Assembly (NCBI RefSeq): GCF_001194135.2
Contig: NC_068988.1
Location: 66,627,526-66,677,752 of the forward strand
DNA from: Octopus bimaculoides
Taxonomy: Eukaryota
Direction of reading: 5' to 3'
Length of the DNA: 50,227 nucleotides
The notes beneath the pieces were generated by a model. It was not told the DNA's origin and searched no databases. It saw only the letters and a list, made by a program, of their open reading frames with translations. Below are positions 1 to 43,959 of this stretch, piece after piece; the stretch's first letter is position 1; every line of letters begins with the position of its first letter. Position numbers and translations under genes: made by a program.

Positions 1-43
1 CAGACATAATTATCACAACTATTTTATACACGCACGCACACAC

Positions 44-88
<45 letters not shown>

Positions 89-934
89 ATACACACATAT
101 GAAAGAATGCTAAAAACAAGAAGAATGTAATTAGGAAGATTGCGATGACTTAGAAAACTAAGTTTGTTGTGATTTATTATAGAAAAAACCTCTTCACTTA
201 TTTTGCTTTTCTCCAGAGAATGACAGGATTGGAGATTAATAATATTTAAGGCTTGGACAGAGAAAAAAAGTCTGCAGAAATTCTCATAATAACTTTATTC
301 TCTCTTAAACAATTGCAACAGAGACATAATACCTCTCTTGATATGGTAAATTATCCGAGAAGAAGAGATAAAAATTGTGAAGAAAAATAAAATAGTAAAA
401 AAAATATATTAGCGGACATTTTTTTCTTTTTGTTTGATCAAATATTCTGTTTCAAGTTAACTATTCTATATAACATTCTAAAGACAGTTTAATTTCCTGT
501 AAAGTTATTCTTCTGTTGTTTGTCAAAGAATTTTTCCAATCACATCATGAATGCATGAGCCAGTGTGTGTGTGTGTGTATGTGTGCATGTGTTCATGTGT
601 GTTTGTGTACATAAAATAGTTGTAGCTATAACCGTTTGGTGAACAAGTTCACTCTGCAGTCATGTCGTTTTAAGTTCACTCCCATTGCTTGACTTCTTGG
701 TATCTTCTACTACATTCTGAGTCTGACCAATGCCTTAAAAGTGAATTTGGTTGGCAGAAACTGGATGAAACCTGCCATGTGTGTGTGTGTGAATGTTGAT
801 ATTTTTTTGTTGACATTAGACTAGTTAGTTTGCACTTTTGGAAATGTCTGGAATGTCTTTCCTATTATAGCCTTGGGCTGACCAAAGCCATGTGAGTGGA
901 TTAGGTAGATGGAAACTGGAAGAAGCCCATGCAT

Positions 935-1094
935 GTAAAAGCACCCACTACACCCTGAGAGTGGTTGGCGTTAGGAAGGGCATCCAATTGTAGAAACTTT
1001 GCCAAATCAGATTGGAGCCTGGTGTAGCCACCTGGTTCACCAGTCCTCAGTCAAATCGCCCAACCCATGCTAGCATGGAAAGCGGACGTTAAAC

Positions 1095-1126
<32 letters not shown>
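935..1126 (+). mobile_element. (GAT)n-tailed retroposon 3' end (RTE-associated SINE/LINE tail)
   Basis: ggcgttaggaagggcatcc..caacccatgctagcatggaaagcggacgttaaac(gat)n; near-identical copies at 31769, 37305 and 45955 (minus). Confidence 0.75.
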
Positions 1127-1157
<31 letters not shown>

Positions 1158-2925
1158 ACATATATATGCACACAATATATATACGTGTGTGTGTGTATGT
1201 TTATGTTTGTGTCTGTATTTGTCCCCGTCACCACTTGACAACTGATGTTGTTGTGTTTACATCCCCATAATCTATCGGTTCAGCAGAAGTGGCTGATAGA
1301 ATGAGTATGAAGCTTCAAAAAAAAAAAAAGAAGCGAAGTACTAGCGTCAGTTTGTTCAACTAAAAATCTTTGAAGGCAGTGCTCCAGCATGGTCGCAGTC
1401 TAATGACTGAAACAAGTAAAAGATTAAAGATAAAAAGGTGTGCGTGTGTGTGTGTGTGTGTGTGCATGCAAGTGTGTGTGTGAGATGGTGTGAGTTGTAA
1501 ATAAATATCACTGTTATACAGCAGTGTCTTTCATGTTTAATATTCCATGAAAACATGGGGAAATATTAGTTTCCTTGAAAGCAAGTGAATGTCACCAATA
1601 GAAAGGCCATCTGGCTACAAGAAGTTCCATCCAGCTCATTCGAGCTTAGAAAAGTGGATGTTAAAAGGATGACAATGGCAATGATGATGATGATGATGCT
1701 GGTGGTGATGATGATGATGAAGGTGATAATTGTGGTTGTAGTGATGAATATGATGATGATGATGATATATTTAAAATAAATTATTGATTTATTAAGTGCT
1801 TTGTTTCAATGTTTTGCTACACCATATAATATCAATGTAGATATTTTGCCAACATTGTATATATATAAACAGATGTTTATATATGTATTGACAAGATGTA
1901 AACATCTTGTAGATACACAAAATATTCTATTCATCAATACAAGCAATGAAACAAAACACTGTTAAAGCACCATTAATTTAATATCTGAAGGAGCTGCCAA
2001 GAATGCATTATACATATCTGTGTGTGCATGTGCACGTGTGTGTGTGTACGTGTATTGAATAATGAATTAAAAGCAGAGCTAGTGCTGTAAGCATTATCAA
2101 CCACACATACTCAAGGCATGTGTTTTGTTTGTTCTCTGGTTCACTGTGGTATAGCGAAATTAAATAGTTCGGATGTTTTAACACCCATCATTATGAGCGA
2201 GTCATCCCCTAAGCACTATATTACAGTAATCAGGCAAACAAACAAAACATATGCCATGAGTATGCGTGTTTGATAATGTTTTACAACACTAGTGCTGCTT
2301 TTAATTTATTATTGAATCTAATCTTATGTCGGCATTGCCTTGGCATACCGGCAAATTGTTCCTACACTATTTATATATAGTCATAGACTGGCAATTCAAT
2401 TTGTCCCTGATTCTATTCAGGTACATGATGTTGATGAACCACAAAAAAAAATGACAAAATATCGGTGTCCATCACTCCTGAATTTAATTGGAGACAAGTT
2501 GTCTCACCTATCTATGACTTTCAGGTGTTTTAACACCCAGCATTATAAGGGAGTTCTCCCCCAAATGTTACACCACAATGAAGTGGTGAACAAAGAAAAA
2601 GAAGAAAATATAGAGTATATGCGGTGAATAATATATATATATATGTGTGTGTGTGTGTGAGTGTGTGTGTGTTTAGTTTAGTTTGGGCAAAGCCTCATAA
2701 AGCACATTTAAAGGCTCCTAAGTTTCTTTTTGGCTATCACTTGTTAACAAAGAATAAGTTAAGTAGAGAAATATAATTGACTGTATATGTATGTAAGTAT
2801 GTATGTATGTATGTATTATACATGTATGTTTGTGTGTGTGTAAGTATGTATGTATGTATGTATGTATTATATATGTATGTTTATGTGTGTGTGTATGTAT
2901 GTATGTATGTATGTATGTATGTGAG

Positions 2926-3213
2926 ATGCTACAAGTCCAACAGCTGTTTCTTGGGCTCAGAGATCCGTCATAATGTTGGTAGCTGTATTTCAACAAAATA
3001 TGCAGCCAGTAATCGAAGCAAATAAGCATTGGATAAACTGAGCCTCCATCTTCAGGATACAAGCAAATCTTACATTTCAGATCATGATCTTCAAACTTTT
3101 CTGTATTATGATCTGAAATGTCAGATTACTAGCAGCATATTTTGGTGAACTACATCTACCAACATTATGATGGATCTCTCAGCCCCCAGAAACAGCTATC
3201 GGACTTGTTGCAT
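2926..3213. repeat. Nested inverted repeat
   Basis: Arms 2926-3014 and 3124-3213 (~87% complementary by manual alignment); inner perfect 14-bp arms at 3072-3085 and 3108-3121. Confidence 0.85.
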
Positions 3214-3677
3214 GTTACTCACTCCCCTTAAATTTTCTCTGTCATTTGTACTCTGTATAAGTTTGATATATTATTATATAAATATCTACATATTTATACT
3301 TAAATATTTTGTTGTGTCCAGGGAGAGTCATTATGACAATATTATCATTATTAAATATTCATCGTATGAAAGTCTTCAGTCTTTGTATTTTTTCTGTTTA
3401 CATATATACACACACACACACACACACATATATATAATAAGTAATTATTTGGACTTTGGGTAAATGCATATTAGTATGTTGATCAAAGCACATCCACCAT
3501 TTGGGCTACCTGATGTCATCCACAGTTATGGTATAATTTTCACTGGTTCAACGTCAGGAATTCTGCAGTATTCATTTAGTTTATGATTGATAGGGAAACG
3601 GAAAATGGGTTTTGGTATGAGTCTTTGTTCAACAAATGTTTGTACCATATCCATTTTCTGCTTCCTTCAGCTATTAT

Positions 3678-3739
3678 ATACATACATATATACATACATA
3701 CATACATACATACATACATACATACATACATACATACAA

Positions 3740-3770
<31 letters not shown>

Positions 3771-3999
3771 TGTGTGCGTGTGTGTATATATATATGTATA
3801 TATATTGTATATCAAACCTAAACTGTTATATTTAATTTGTTTATCCACATAATTCTCTCTCTCTCTCTATATATATATATCTATATATATCTATATATAT
3901 ATATATATATATATATACATACACACATACATATATATACATACATACACACATACATACATATATATATACATATACACACACGTACGTACATACATG

Positions 4000-4066
<67 letters not shown>

Positions 4067-4068
4067 CA
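3678..4068. repeat. Compound microsatellite (TACA)n/(TA)n/(CA)n
   Basis: Read directly; source of several spurious ORFs. Confidence 0.95.
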
Positions 4069-4295
4069 AGAAGGAGTTCCATTATAATTGCATTATATTG
4101 CTGCTAACACATAATTATATTTGTATCAATAAATTTGCTCACCTCAAAATGGTGTTATTCCACAGTCAAGACTACGTGCATTAGAGGATTGATAATAAAT
4201 ATCATTACCCCGAAATCATTATGATTGAACAATTTATTTTAGAATATGACGTTAATAATGTTACAAATGCATCTGTTTAACTCTATATTTGACAG

Positions 4296-34352
<30,057 letters not shown>

Positions 34353-34696
34353 AAATCCTGGAAAGTCACCTTCAACAACCAAAGCATCATTAAATCCACA
34401 AATTTAGACTACAAGACATGAACACCCACCAGAACTTTCTCTTACATTTCTCTTGCTAAATATTTTCATTGAACATGTTGGAAAAAAAAAAAAAGAGTCT
34501 AACAAGAAATAATTATTATTATTGATTACAAACGAAAGGAAGAGAGGCCAAAGTAAAATGTTTTAATCACTCTGGACAATAACGGAAAGCAAAAACAGAA
34601 GGAAAAAAAATATATAGAATAAAGACAGACAAAAAAAAAAAAATGAGGAAATTTGATTTCTAGGACTAAACTTTGGAAATGGTTGTGGAAAATAAC

Positions 34697-34731
<35 letters not shown>

Positions 34732-34732
34732 T

Positions 34733-34775
34733 AATAAAACATTTGCTGAGTTTGTGTTTGGTGTCATTGTGTCAA
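34733..34775 (+). terminator. Candidate polyadenylation signal of the guanylyl cyclase gene
   Basis: AATAAA at 34733-34738 followed by a GT-rich tract (gagtttgtgtttggtgtcattgtgtc), ~380 nt after the stop. Another AATAAA lies at 34618-34623. The DNA is AT-rich, so chance occurrence is possible. Confidence 0.35.
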
Positions 34776-34911
34776 GATATATATATTACTTGCATATAAA
34801 TATAAATTTGACATCACTTTATAACACAACATGCACATATGCACTTGTAAACACACCATGCACAGATGTGTATATGTGTGCATGTATGTATGAATGTGCA
34901 TTTTATATATA

Positions 34912-34913
34912 TG

Positions 34914-34971
<58 letters not shown>

Positions 34972-34984
34972 NNNNNNNNNNNNN

Positions 34985-35054
<70 letters not shown>

Positions 35055-35190
35055 GTATATATATATATGTATATATATGTATATATATATATGTATATAT
35101 ATATATGTATATATATATGTATATAAATATATGTATATATATATGTATGTATATATATGTATATATATATATGTATATATATATGATATA
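34912..35190. repeat. (TA)n/(CA)n/(TATATG)n compound microsatellite with 13-N gap
   Basis: Read directly. Confidence 0.95.
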
Positions 35191-35684
35191 TTTAGACATA
35201 TATGAATGTCTGAGGTTGTTGTTTTTTGTTTCCTTACAGTTCGAAATTAAGAAAAAAAAAATGATAATGATAATAATAATGAACTTCTAGTTTCTCCAAT
35301 TTAAATGAAAAAAAGGTACAAAAATATCTGTGGAAACACAAAAAATATTTGGTCAAAAACCAAAAGAAAAAAAGCAAAAAAAGCAAAAAAAAAAACAAGA
35401 AAAATTCTAGAACTTTGTGATGTAGCTATTTATACATGTGTGTATATATATGTTGTGCATATATTCATTCCCTGGCTTAATATGCATTATTGTACCAGTT
35501 GTCTTTAAAGTGTGTTTAAATTTGTTTAAATTTTATGTCTTACATATGAAATTGTTCACATCCCACTCCAACAAACAAACAATTAAAAACCTCAATATAT
35601 ATTCAGAGAGAGATCTTTTCTTTTCTTTCATTTATTTTGTTTTCTGTGTTTAACCCATTTAGGGCCATAATTTGCCTATGAATA

Positions 35685-36889
35685 TCTATATATATAAAAA
35701 TGAGAATGTGTGTCTGTCTGTCTGTCTGTCTGTCTGTGTGAATCCCTAAAACTCGAGAACTACGCAACCAATTTCATTCAAATTTTACACATGCCTTACT
35801 TAGGGTTCCAGTTGTGTTTTAGTAAAAAAAAAGTATTAACTTCTTGCAGAGTTCGAGCACACGGCAACATAATATCTCCTCCACTATTTAAGTATTACGT
35901 GTCAAAAGTGAAACAAAAACACTCATGTCAAATACTTTCACTTTAAAAATGAAACCATTCCACTAACTGAAACAATCACATTTCGATACTGTAGTGAGAT
36001 ACTTTCACACAGAGAGAGAGAGAGAGNNNNNNNNNNNNNNNNNNNNNNNNNNNNNNNNNNNNNNNNNNNNNNNNNNNNNNNNNNNNNNNNNNNNNNNNNN
36101 NNNNNNNNNNNNNNNNNNNNNNNNNNNNNNNNNNNNNNNNNNNNNNNNNNNNNNNNNNNNNNNNNNNNNNNNNNNNNNNNNNNNNNNNNNNNNNNNNNNN
36201 NNNNNNNNNNNNNNNNNNNNNNNNNNNNNNNNNNNNNNNNNNNNNNNNNNNNNNNNNNNNNNNNNNNNNNNNNNNNNNNNNNNNNNNNNNNNNNNNNNNN
36301 NNNNNNNNNNNNNNNNNNNNNNNNNNNNNNNNNNNNNNNNNNNNNNNNNNNNNNNNNNNNNNNNNNNNNNNNNNNNNNNNNNNNNNNNNNNNNNNNNNNN
36401 NNNNNNNNNNNNNNNNNNNNNNNNNNNNNNNNNNNNNNNNNNNNNNNNNNNNNNNNNNNNNNNNNNNNNNNNNNNNNNNNNNNNNNNNNNNNNNNNNNNN
36501 NNNNNNNNNNNNNNNNNNNNNNNNNNNNNNNNNNNNNNNNNNNNNNNNNNNNNNNNNNNNNNNNNNNNNNNNNNNNNNNNNNNNNNNNNNNNNNNNNNNN
36601 NNNNNNNNNNNNNNNNNNNNNNNNNAAAAAACTATTTGTATATGCTCCACAGGGGAAAACAAGGAACATAGTTTACAACGAGGTGTTATAATCACAACAG
36701 CAAGAAAGTATGTACATGATCTCCTTCTTTTACGAAACTTCATTGACTTTCATATATTTATATTGATATATATATATATATACGTGTGTGTATATACATC
36801 TCTATATATAAAGATGATGCGTAGTCTAGACAGCGTTTTTAGATTTCATTATTCTCTTTAACCCGGGCAACGTCAGGTATTTCTGCTAG
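35685..36889 (+). mobile_element. Non-autonomous Helitron (interrupted by gap 36027-36625)
   Basis: 5' end A|TCTATATATATAAAAATGAGAATG followed by a (TGTC)n microsatellite. 3' end has a degenerate hairpin acccgggcaacgtcaggt, then CTAG|T at 36886-36890. These are the canonical Helitron termini inserted between A and T, with no TSD. Confidence 0.75.
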
Positions 36890-37518
36890 TTATCTATAAA
36901 TCTTTACACATTCTGAGCTCTGAAGGGTGCTTTTAAACTATATTTCCCCTGTTAGATGCTAATTTAAATGTATACTTGAAGAATACTGCAAATATGAAGG
37001 AAACAGCAAAAGAAACACAACGACTTTATGATATTATTTATGACAAATTTAAATTCTTTGTCCCAATAACAAGACATTGGTTGCTAATGGGTTATTCTTT
37101 TACTTGTTTGAATCATTTGACTGGGGCTGTGTTGGAGCACTGCCTTTTAGTCAAAGAAATCGACCCCAGACTTATTCTTTGTAAGCCTGTTACTTATTCT
37201 ATCAGTCTTTTCTGCTGAACTGCTAAATTACGTGGATATAACAGCATCAGTTGTCAAGTGATGGCAGTGGGGAACAAACACAGACTCAAAAAGCACACAC
37301 ATAAATATCATCATCATCATCGTTTAACGTCCGCTTTCCATGCTAGCAAGGGTTGGATGATTTGACTGAGGACTGGTGAAACCGGATAGCTACACTAGGC
37401 TCCAATCTGATTTGGCAGAGTTTCTACAGCTGGATGCCCTTCCTAACGCCAACCACTCAGAGAGTGTAGTGGGTGCTTTTACGTGTCACCCGCACGAAGG
37501 CCAGTCAGGCGGTACTGG

Positions 37519-37556
<38 letters not shown>

Positions 37557-37911
37557 NNNNNNNNNNNNNNNNNNNNNNNNNNNNNNNNNNNNNNNNNNNN
37601 NNNNNNNNNNNACTGCTAAATTACGTGGATATAACAGCATCAGTTGTCAAGTGATGGCAGTGGGGAACAAACACAGACTCAAAAAGCACACACATAAATA
37701 TCATCATCATCATCGTTTAACGTCCGCTTTCCATGCTAGCAAGGGTTGGATGATTTGACTGAGGACTGGTGAAACCGGATAGCTACACTAGGCTCCAATC
37801 TGATTTGGCAGAGTTTCTACAGCTGGATGCCCTTCCTAACGCCAACCACTCAGAGAGTGTAGTGGGTGCTTTTACGTGTCACCCGCACGAAGGCCAGTCA
37901 GGCGGTACTGG

Positions 37912-37948
<37 letters not shown>

Positions 37949-37951
<3 letters not shown>

Positions 37952-38035
37952 CGTAACTGCTAGAATAAGAATAGCCAGGGCAAAGTTCATGGAGATCCTA
38001 CTTCTGCTGGTAACAAAGGTAACAAAGGCCCTGGC
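37949..38035 (+). mobile_element. Short RTE-like LINE fragment
   Basis: SVTARIRIARAKFMEILLLLVTK resembles the RTE ORF motif V.ARI..AW.KF.EL..LL. Confidence 0.45.
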
Positions 38036-38148
38036 TTTATTAATTTAATTACCTTAAAGATGGCATGATTTGTGTGTGAGGAAAACAATGGAGTGGGGAA
38101 GAGGAGGAGGTTTATTGTTTGGAAGGTGAATCTCCTTCTATTAAGACT

Positions 38149-40156
38149 TCAGGAAATAAAATTTCTGGCATTTTCCCTCTCACTTAATCTCACTTTCTTC
38201 ACTTTTCTTACTTGCAGTCGTTTCATTGGAAACATATTGAGAGAAGTCTGCTTTTTCTTGCCTTTCAGAATGTTACAAAAATGTGTCAGAATAGTGTCAT
38301 TAAATAAAGTAGCTGCACAACTTTTACATACTTTTTCAGGATGATATTCTTCTACAAATTCAGAAACATAATGCCACTTTGCCAACACTACCTTTATGTC
38401 ACTTGTAGAGATAGCCTTTTCTGCTACACTGTCTTCTTCTTAGAAACTAATCTTTTCCACTGCATCCAAATGTTGCTGCTTCTCAAGCTGCAGGAGTTCA
38501 TCTGTCATTAGCTCCTCAACAAGATCATTAATGCCCCCATCGTCAACCTCAAGGCCGATGGACTTGCCAAGAGACACTATCTCCACGACTACAGGTGTCT
38601 CAGATATGGAGTCTCTTTCAGTTACACCGTCAGGTCACAGATTTTCTCCATGCAGAATTCAGCATTCTCCTCGTTACACACTGCCAGGCCATATCAATGA
38701 TTTTCAGGTAGTTAACAATGTTGCAGTGATCCTTCTAAATGTCACGAAAGGTTAGATTTGTAGTTTTGGTGACTTCGAAGCACCGACAAAACAGGTGTTT
38801 GGTGTACAATTTCTTAAAATTAGAAATCACCTGTTGGTTCATGGGCTGCAAGATGGAAGTGGTGTTGTGTGAAAGGTACAGAGCTTTTATGAATTTAAAT
38901 TCGTCCAATATATCATCTTCAAGGTAAGGATGGTGAGCACGAGCATTGTTGGGGATGAGGAAGGCCTTGAGAGGAAGATCATTCTCCAGATGGTACTTTT
39001 TCACTGCTGGTCCTAAGACAAGATCGATCGACTTTGTGAAGAAATGCCTGGTGACCTAGGCATTACTGTTTGTCCTCCACATGACCTGCAGCTTCTCCTT
39101 CAGGATTTTGTGCAACTGGAACGCACATGAGTTTTTGGAATGGTAAACAAGGAATGGGTTTAATCTTCAAGGCTCTACAAAGGGTGTGAGTTACCCTATC
39201 TTTCATAGATTTGTGGCCTGGCGTTTTCTTCTCCTCTGCAGTTATGTAGGTTCTTCTGAGCATTTTTTGTCAAAACAGGCCAGTTTCATCACAGTTGAAT
39301 ACCTGTTGTGAGATGTACCCCTCAACTGTGATGACAAAATTCACGCTTGAAATCCTCAACTGCATCTGTGTCAGAACTCACTACTTCTCCATGCCTGACA
39401 ACACTATGAACACCAGTCCTCTTCCTGAAAGTATCAAACCAGCCACAATTGGCCTTAAATGCGTCTGCTGATGTCTTCTCTCCTCTGTTGATGCCCCAGG
39501 GTTCTGTTTCAGGAGATCCTCATACAGCACTCATGCTTTCTCAAAGATGATGGTCTCTGTAATCGTATCCCCTGTGAGTTGCTTCTCATTGATCCACAAG
39601 AGAAGCAATTTTTTCATTTCTTCGTGGACAGATGTGTGTTGCTTGGAGAGCCTGGAGACACCCTTTTCTGGCCTAAATGGCCTTAATCCCATCCTTTTCC
39701 TTCAGGATGGTACAGATCATCAACGTGCTTCAGTCATATTGACGTGCTATGTCCACTACACACACTCCTCTCTCATGTTTATCAACGATTTCTTTCTTCA
39801 ATTCTATCGTAAACAGATTTTTCTTCTTCTCGATGCTCACCTTCTTTGGACTCATAACTAACACAACTAATAATTATGAAATAATAGAAAAAAAACCCCA
39901 CAAAACTAAGGAAAAAAATGGGTAAAACACAATTGAGATGCTGCCACAAAGAGATTAACACATTAACTGAGCAAGCAGGGGCTACACTTGTTGGGAGAGC
40001 ATGTGTGAATTCAGTATTGACTAGCAGTCGCTTGTATGAGACTCACTACTATTGCAGATTTGTACTCGTACTTCAAGACAAATATGTGCACAAGCCTCAG
40101 CTCATACAGTAAATTATTCATGCAATGGCACACTTGTACTTTGAGGTTCTACTGTA
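38149..40156 (-). mobile_element. Decayed Tigger/pogo-family DNA transposon (CENP-B-like HTH + DDE_1 transposase pseudogene)
   Basis: The minus strand from ATG at 39855 reads MSPKKVSIEKKKNLFTIELKKEIVDKHERG..ARQYD* (N-terminal HTH). Later fragments are RRTYITAEEKKTPGHKSMKDR, NNARAHHP..HNTTSILQPMNQQVISNFKKLYTKHLF and YHPEKV..LFNDTILTHFCNILKGKKKQTSL, with many stops and frameshifts. One TIR-like end, TA|CAGTAGAACCTC, is at 40156-40143 on the minus strand; the other TIR was not found. Confidence 0.93.
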
Positions 40157-40314
40157 CTCATGTATCTGTGTACATGTATGTATAAGAAGTATAGGCAGTG
40201 TCCCAGTGTGAAATAAATGTGTATATGTGTATATGTGTGTATGTGTACATGTCAGTTGTCAGACAAGGTGAAGCTCCTGGAACTGCCTTAAAAGATTTAA
40301 TAATCCTTTCTGTT

Positions 40315-40520
40315 ATCAGCACAAGGCCTGAAACTTTGGGGGAGGGAGCTAGTCAATTACATTGACCACAGTATATAACTGGTACTTATTTTATCAACCC
40401 TCAAAGGATGAAAGGTAAAGTCGACCTCAGCAGAATTTGAACTCAGAACACAAAGACAGATGAAATTCCGCTAAGGATTTTGCTCGGCAGGTTAATGATT
40501 CTGCCAGCTCATTGCCTTTA
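40315..40520 (-). mobile_element. SINE, third family
   Basis: actggtacttattttatcaaccctcaaaggatgaaaggtaaagtcgacctcagcagaatttgaactcagaac. Confidence 0.7.
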
Positions 40521-43500
40521 GAAGATTAAATAATAAAAGTTCTGTGGCACACATCTTTCTATGATTGACTCATACCCCAATGAGTTTATGTGACAAAGCA
40601 GACATGAAAATTGTGAGCCGTGTAGAAATTTTCAAAGAAGTTGGATCTTACATGTGAAACCAAAGAGATCCAAAGAGACAACTAAATTTTCATCAAACCA
40701 TTCATTCTAGCCCCAATTTATAGAGCAAATTATTATGCTACCTTCGTAGTTATGATACCACAACTGTTAAATATTAATCACCAATCAGGCCCAACTCTCT
40801 ATTAAAAAAACTCACAGAGACATGTTTTTGATAAGCTGTTTCTCATCTCCAACAGATGAGGTGACCATGGAGAAGAATGAAGTACAAATTCTGAGAGTGA
40901 AGTTCTATCCTTAACCAACATGCTCATTCGCACACACACATATGCATACACACGCATACTTTGAAGTTTCAGCCAGCTAAGCCATCGTTAGACTGTGTAA
41001 TGATGACTTAGCAAGATAGATATAGTGTTTTTACACCTTTTTATCATAAGAGAGAATGTTAATGTTTTTTTCTTTTAGAAGTTGAAATATGTCACAAACA
41101 TATTTTAACTAACCTAAAATTCACTTCTGCCTAAAACTGCTTGGTGCCAATACAGCTGTATTTTTTTCTGATATGGTGATCTAATAGCACAACTTAATCA
41201 ATATTGACTATGCGTTAATTAAAGCTACAGCTCTAACTAAGTCTGTCCAGAGTTGCCTCTCTTCTGTATTTCCTACTGATAATAACTAAAGAACTAGAAA
41301 ACAGATCTGGCAGGGGATAATTGGTTTGACAGGGGCTAGCATGCCAGAGGACTATATTGGGCCTCACTCTCTGTTTTGGTGTGGTTTTTACAGCTAGATG
41401 CCCTTCCTTATGCCAGCCATTTTACAGAGTGGCCTGGGTGCTTTGTATGTGGCACCAGCACCAGTGGGGTCACCAAGTAACTCGCAAGGCAATGATCCTT
41501 TGAGAGGGGTTATTGAAGGAGGTGACCTTGTGCCAGGTGATAAGTGGTTAGAGGGTAACAGAAGAACAAAAATAGGTGTCTTGCTATGGAGGAGATACGA
41601 GGATACTATAGTAAGAGAGAAAGAGAGAGAGGGAGTGATCAAGAACGAGAGAGAGCAAGAGTGTGACAGTGCAAGAGAGAGTGAAAGAGAGAAAGATGGT
41701 GCCAATGTGCCAGAGTATACTCTCAAAGTACAAGGATGAAAATATAAATGGAGGTAGAGTATTGCTAAAGGTGCATGAGTAAGGAGTAGGGAGTTCACAT
41801 GAGTGAGAAGTGGTGAGGGAATGCAATGACTGATCAAAATTATATATAAATCCACACTCATACATATCATCATCAAGTTACAGCCATTTTATCATGCTTC
41901 CATAATTAGTCAGGTCTTCAGACTTTCTCAAACACAACATTCTGCCCCTTTTTCTTGTCATCTCCTTCTTGTGTTCCTTAATCTTGAGATCTGCCCTCAT
42001 CATTTCTTTTGGTATCTTCTTTTCAGTCATAACTTTCTTCCATTTTGACCATTTGCCATTTCTTTGCCAAATTGCTCTGCTCTATACTCTGCTGGTTCAA
42101 ACCAGCAGACAGCTCTCTTGTGTACTAGATAAGATTCCTTTTATGTTCAGTTTTTTCTCAACTCATTTGTACTCAGTCATTCAAGATCATTCCAGCATCT
42201 CCTCTAAAGGGAGAAGAGAAATTTTGTTTTCTAGCTGTAATAACTAAAGCGAAAGAGGTAATATGGAAGATGCATGGAAGAGTTATTGCATCAGGCATGT
42301 TTTAGTGAATCTCTTTTTATACCAACTAAGAAGGAAAGCATGTCTGGAGAAGAAATGCCTGATGGCAAAAAAGGTATGAAAGAAGATGGTAGAAAGTAGC
42401 CCATTTGTTGGGTGTGTAAGTGCCAAATTAAGTGGAGTAAAAAAAAAGGACAAAATTAGACAGTGCATCACAGGAATGTGGTTGATGGGGTCAAACCCAT
42501 TCTGCGTCCATTCATTTTTTTTTGTTTCTCATTTCTCATCCGAAATTATAATATATTTATTCATGTAATATCATTCAATAAGTCCCCAACCCCATTTGTC
42601 CCTTGTATTGTCCCCCTTTTTGTNNNNNNNNNNTCAATAAGTCCCCAACCCCATTTGTCCCTTGTATTGTCCCCCTTTTTGTTTAACCATTGTGGTTTTA
42701 ATAAAATCATCTTACTCAATCATTCATGCACACTAACATCTGAGGGAGTATGTTTGCTCATCCTCTGTGCTCAATGTCCCCATATCTTGCTGTGTGTGCA
42801 TGCATGTGTGTGCATGCATGTGTGTGCGTGCATGTGTGTGCGTGCATGTGTGTGTATGTGTGTGTGTGTGCATGCATGTATATGTGCATGTGTATGTGTG
42901 TGCTTGTGTGTATGTATGTGTATGTATGTGTGTAATCCTTCAGTCATTATTTCTTTCCATGCCATTTTTCTAATTTTCAAGCACTCCTTTTATTCCCTCT
43001 TTCCCTACTCCCACCAATACCACACATGACTTCACCTTTTTCCTCCTCTTTCTCTCCAATCCTTCAGCATCAGTTGACATTACCCCAGCACTACCACCGC
43101 CACTACTATCACCACCTCTTCCTCTCCTCTTCCTCCTTTAGACTTCTTTATCTCTCTGACAACATAACACATATTCTACCACAAGTATTCTCAATATATA
43201 TATATACATACGTATACTATATACTGAAGACGGTGTGTGTGTGTGGGAGGTGTAATTTAATTAACTGCTCCCCCCCACTAACCACTTCCACCACCACTAC
43301 CTTCATTATAGAACTTCATTTTCTGCCAAGTCAAAATGTCTCCATAATTATTATTGTTAAGTCAGGTGAGGTTAATGGAAATAGCAGAGTCGGCAGAGGG
43401 ACTTGTTAAATACCTTATGGCTCAGCTGATTATTGTTCTCTCTCCTCACATGCTTGTGACCTTAAAACTTGTAAAGAATGGTAACATTTCCATATTCTGT

Positions 43501-43959
43501 GATATATATATGTTTATAACAGTGAGAGCGGAGGGGTGGTGATGGTGGTGGGGTAATTTTTCCATGTGTCAAACTGGTGTTATAAATTTCTACTGGAGCA
43601 CCTCTTTGAAGTTATCTGACCAGCTAGAAATAGCAGCCAATCTCTCTGATATTACACCTTTCTATCATAAAAAGGGAAAGGTCACTTTGGTTATCATGAT
43701 CATAGATGCATCATCGTCATCATCATCCTTTAACATCTGTTTTCCATACTGGCATGTGCTGGATGATTTGACCAAAGCCAGCCAGCAGGAGAGCTGCATC
43801 AGGTTCCAGTCTGATTTGGCTTGATTTCTACACCTGGATGCCCTTCCTAATGCCAACCACTTCACAGTGTGTGCTGGGTCTGGCATGAGTGCTTTTACAT
43901 GGGGCTGGCACAAATGTTTTATACGGAGCATCAATGCAGGGCTCTTGGAGAATCATCCA

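Noticed and set aside
2340-2627. 95-aa ORF with an acceptor-like ttcag| as an upstream kinase-homology exon
   Set aside because: No kinase-homology motifs (e.g. CW..P..RP.F); the preceding exon is probably outside the window
2718-4184. ORFs of [12 protein letters not shown] type here and elsewhere
   Set aside because: Translations of microsatellites
37219-37949. ~340-bp direct duplication (37219-37556 and 37612-37949)
   Set aside because: Copies look identical and straddle an N gap at a (TA)n run; likely an assembly artefact
42575-42682. 49-bp direct repeat
   Set aside because: Identical copies either side of a 10-N gap; likely an assembly artefact
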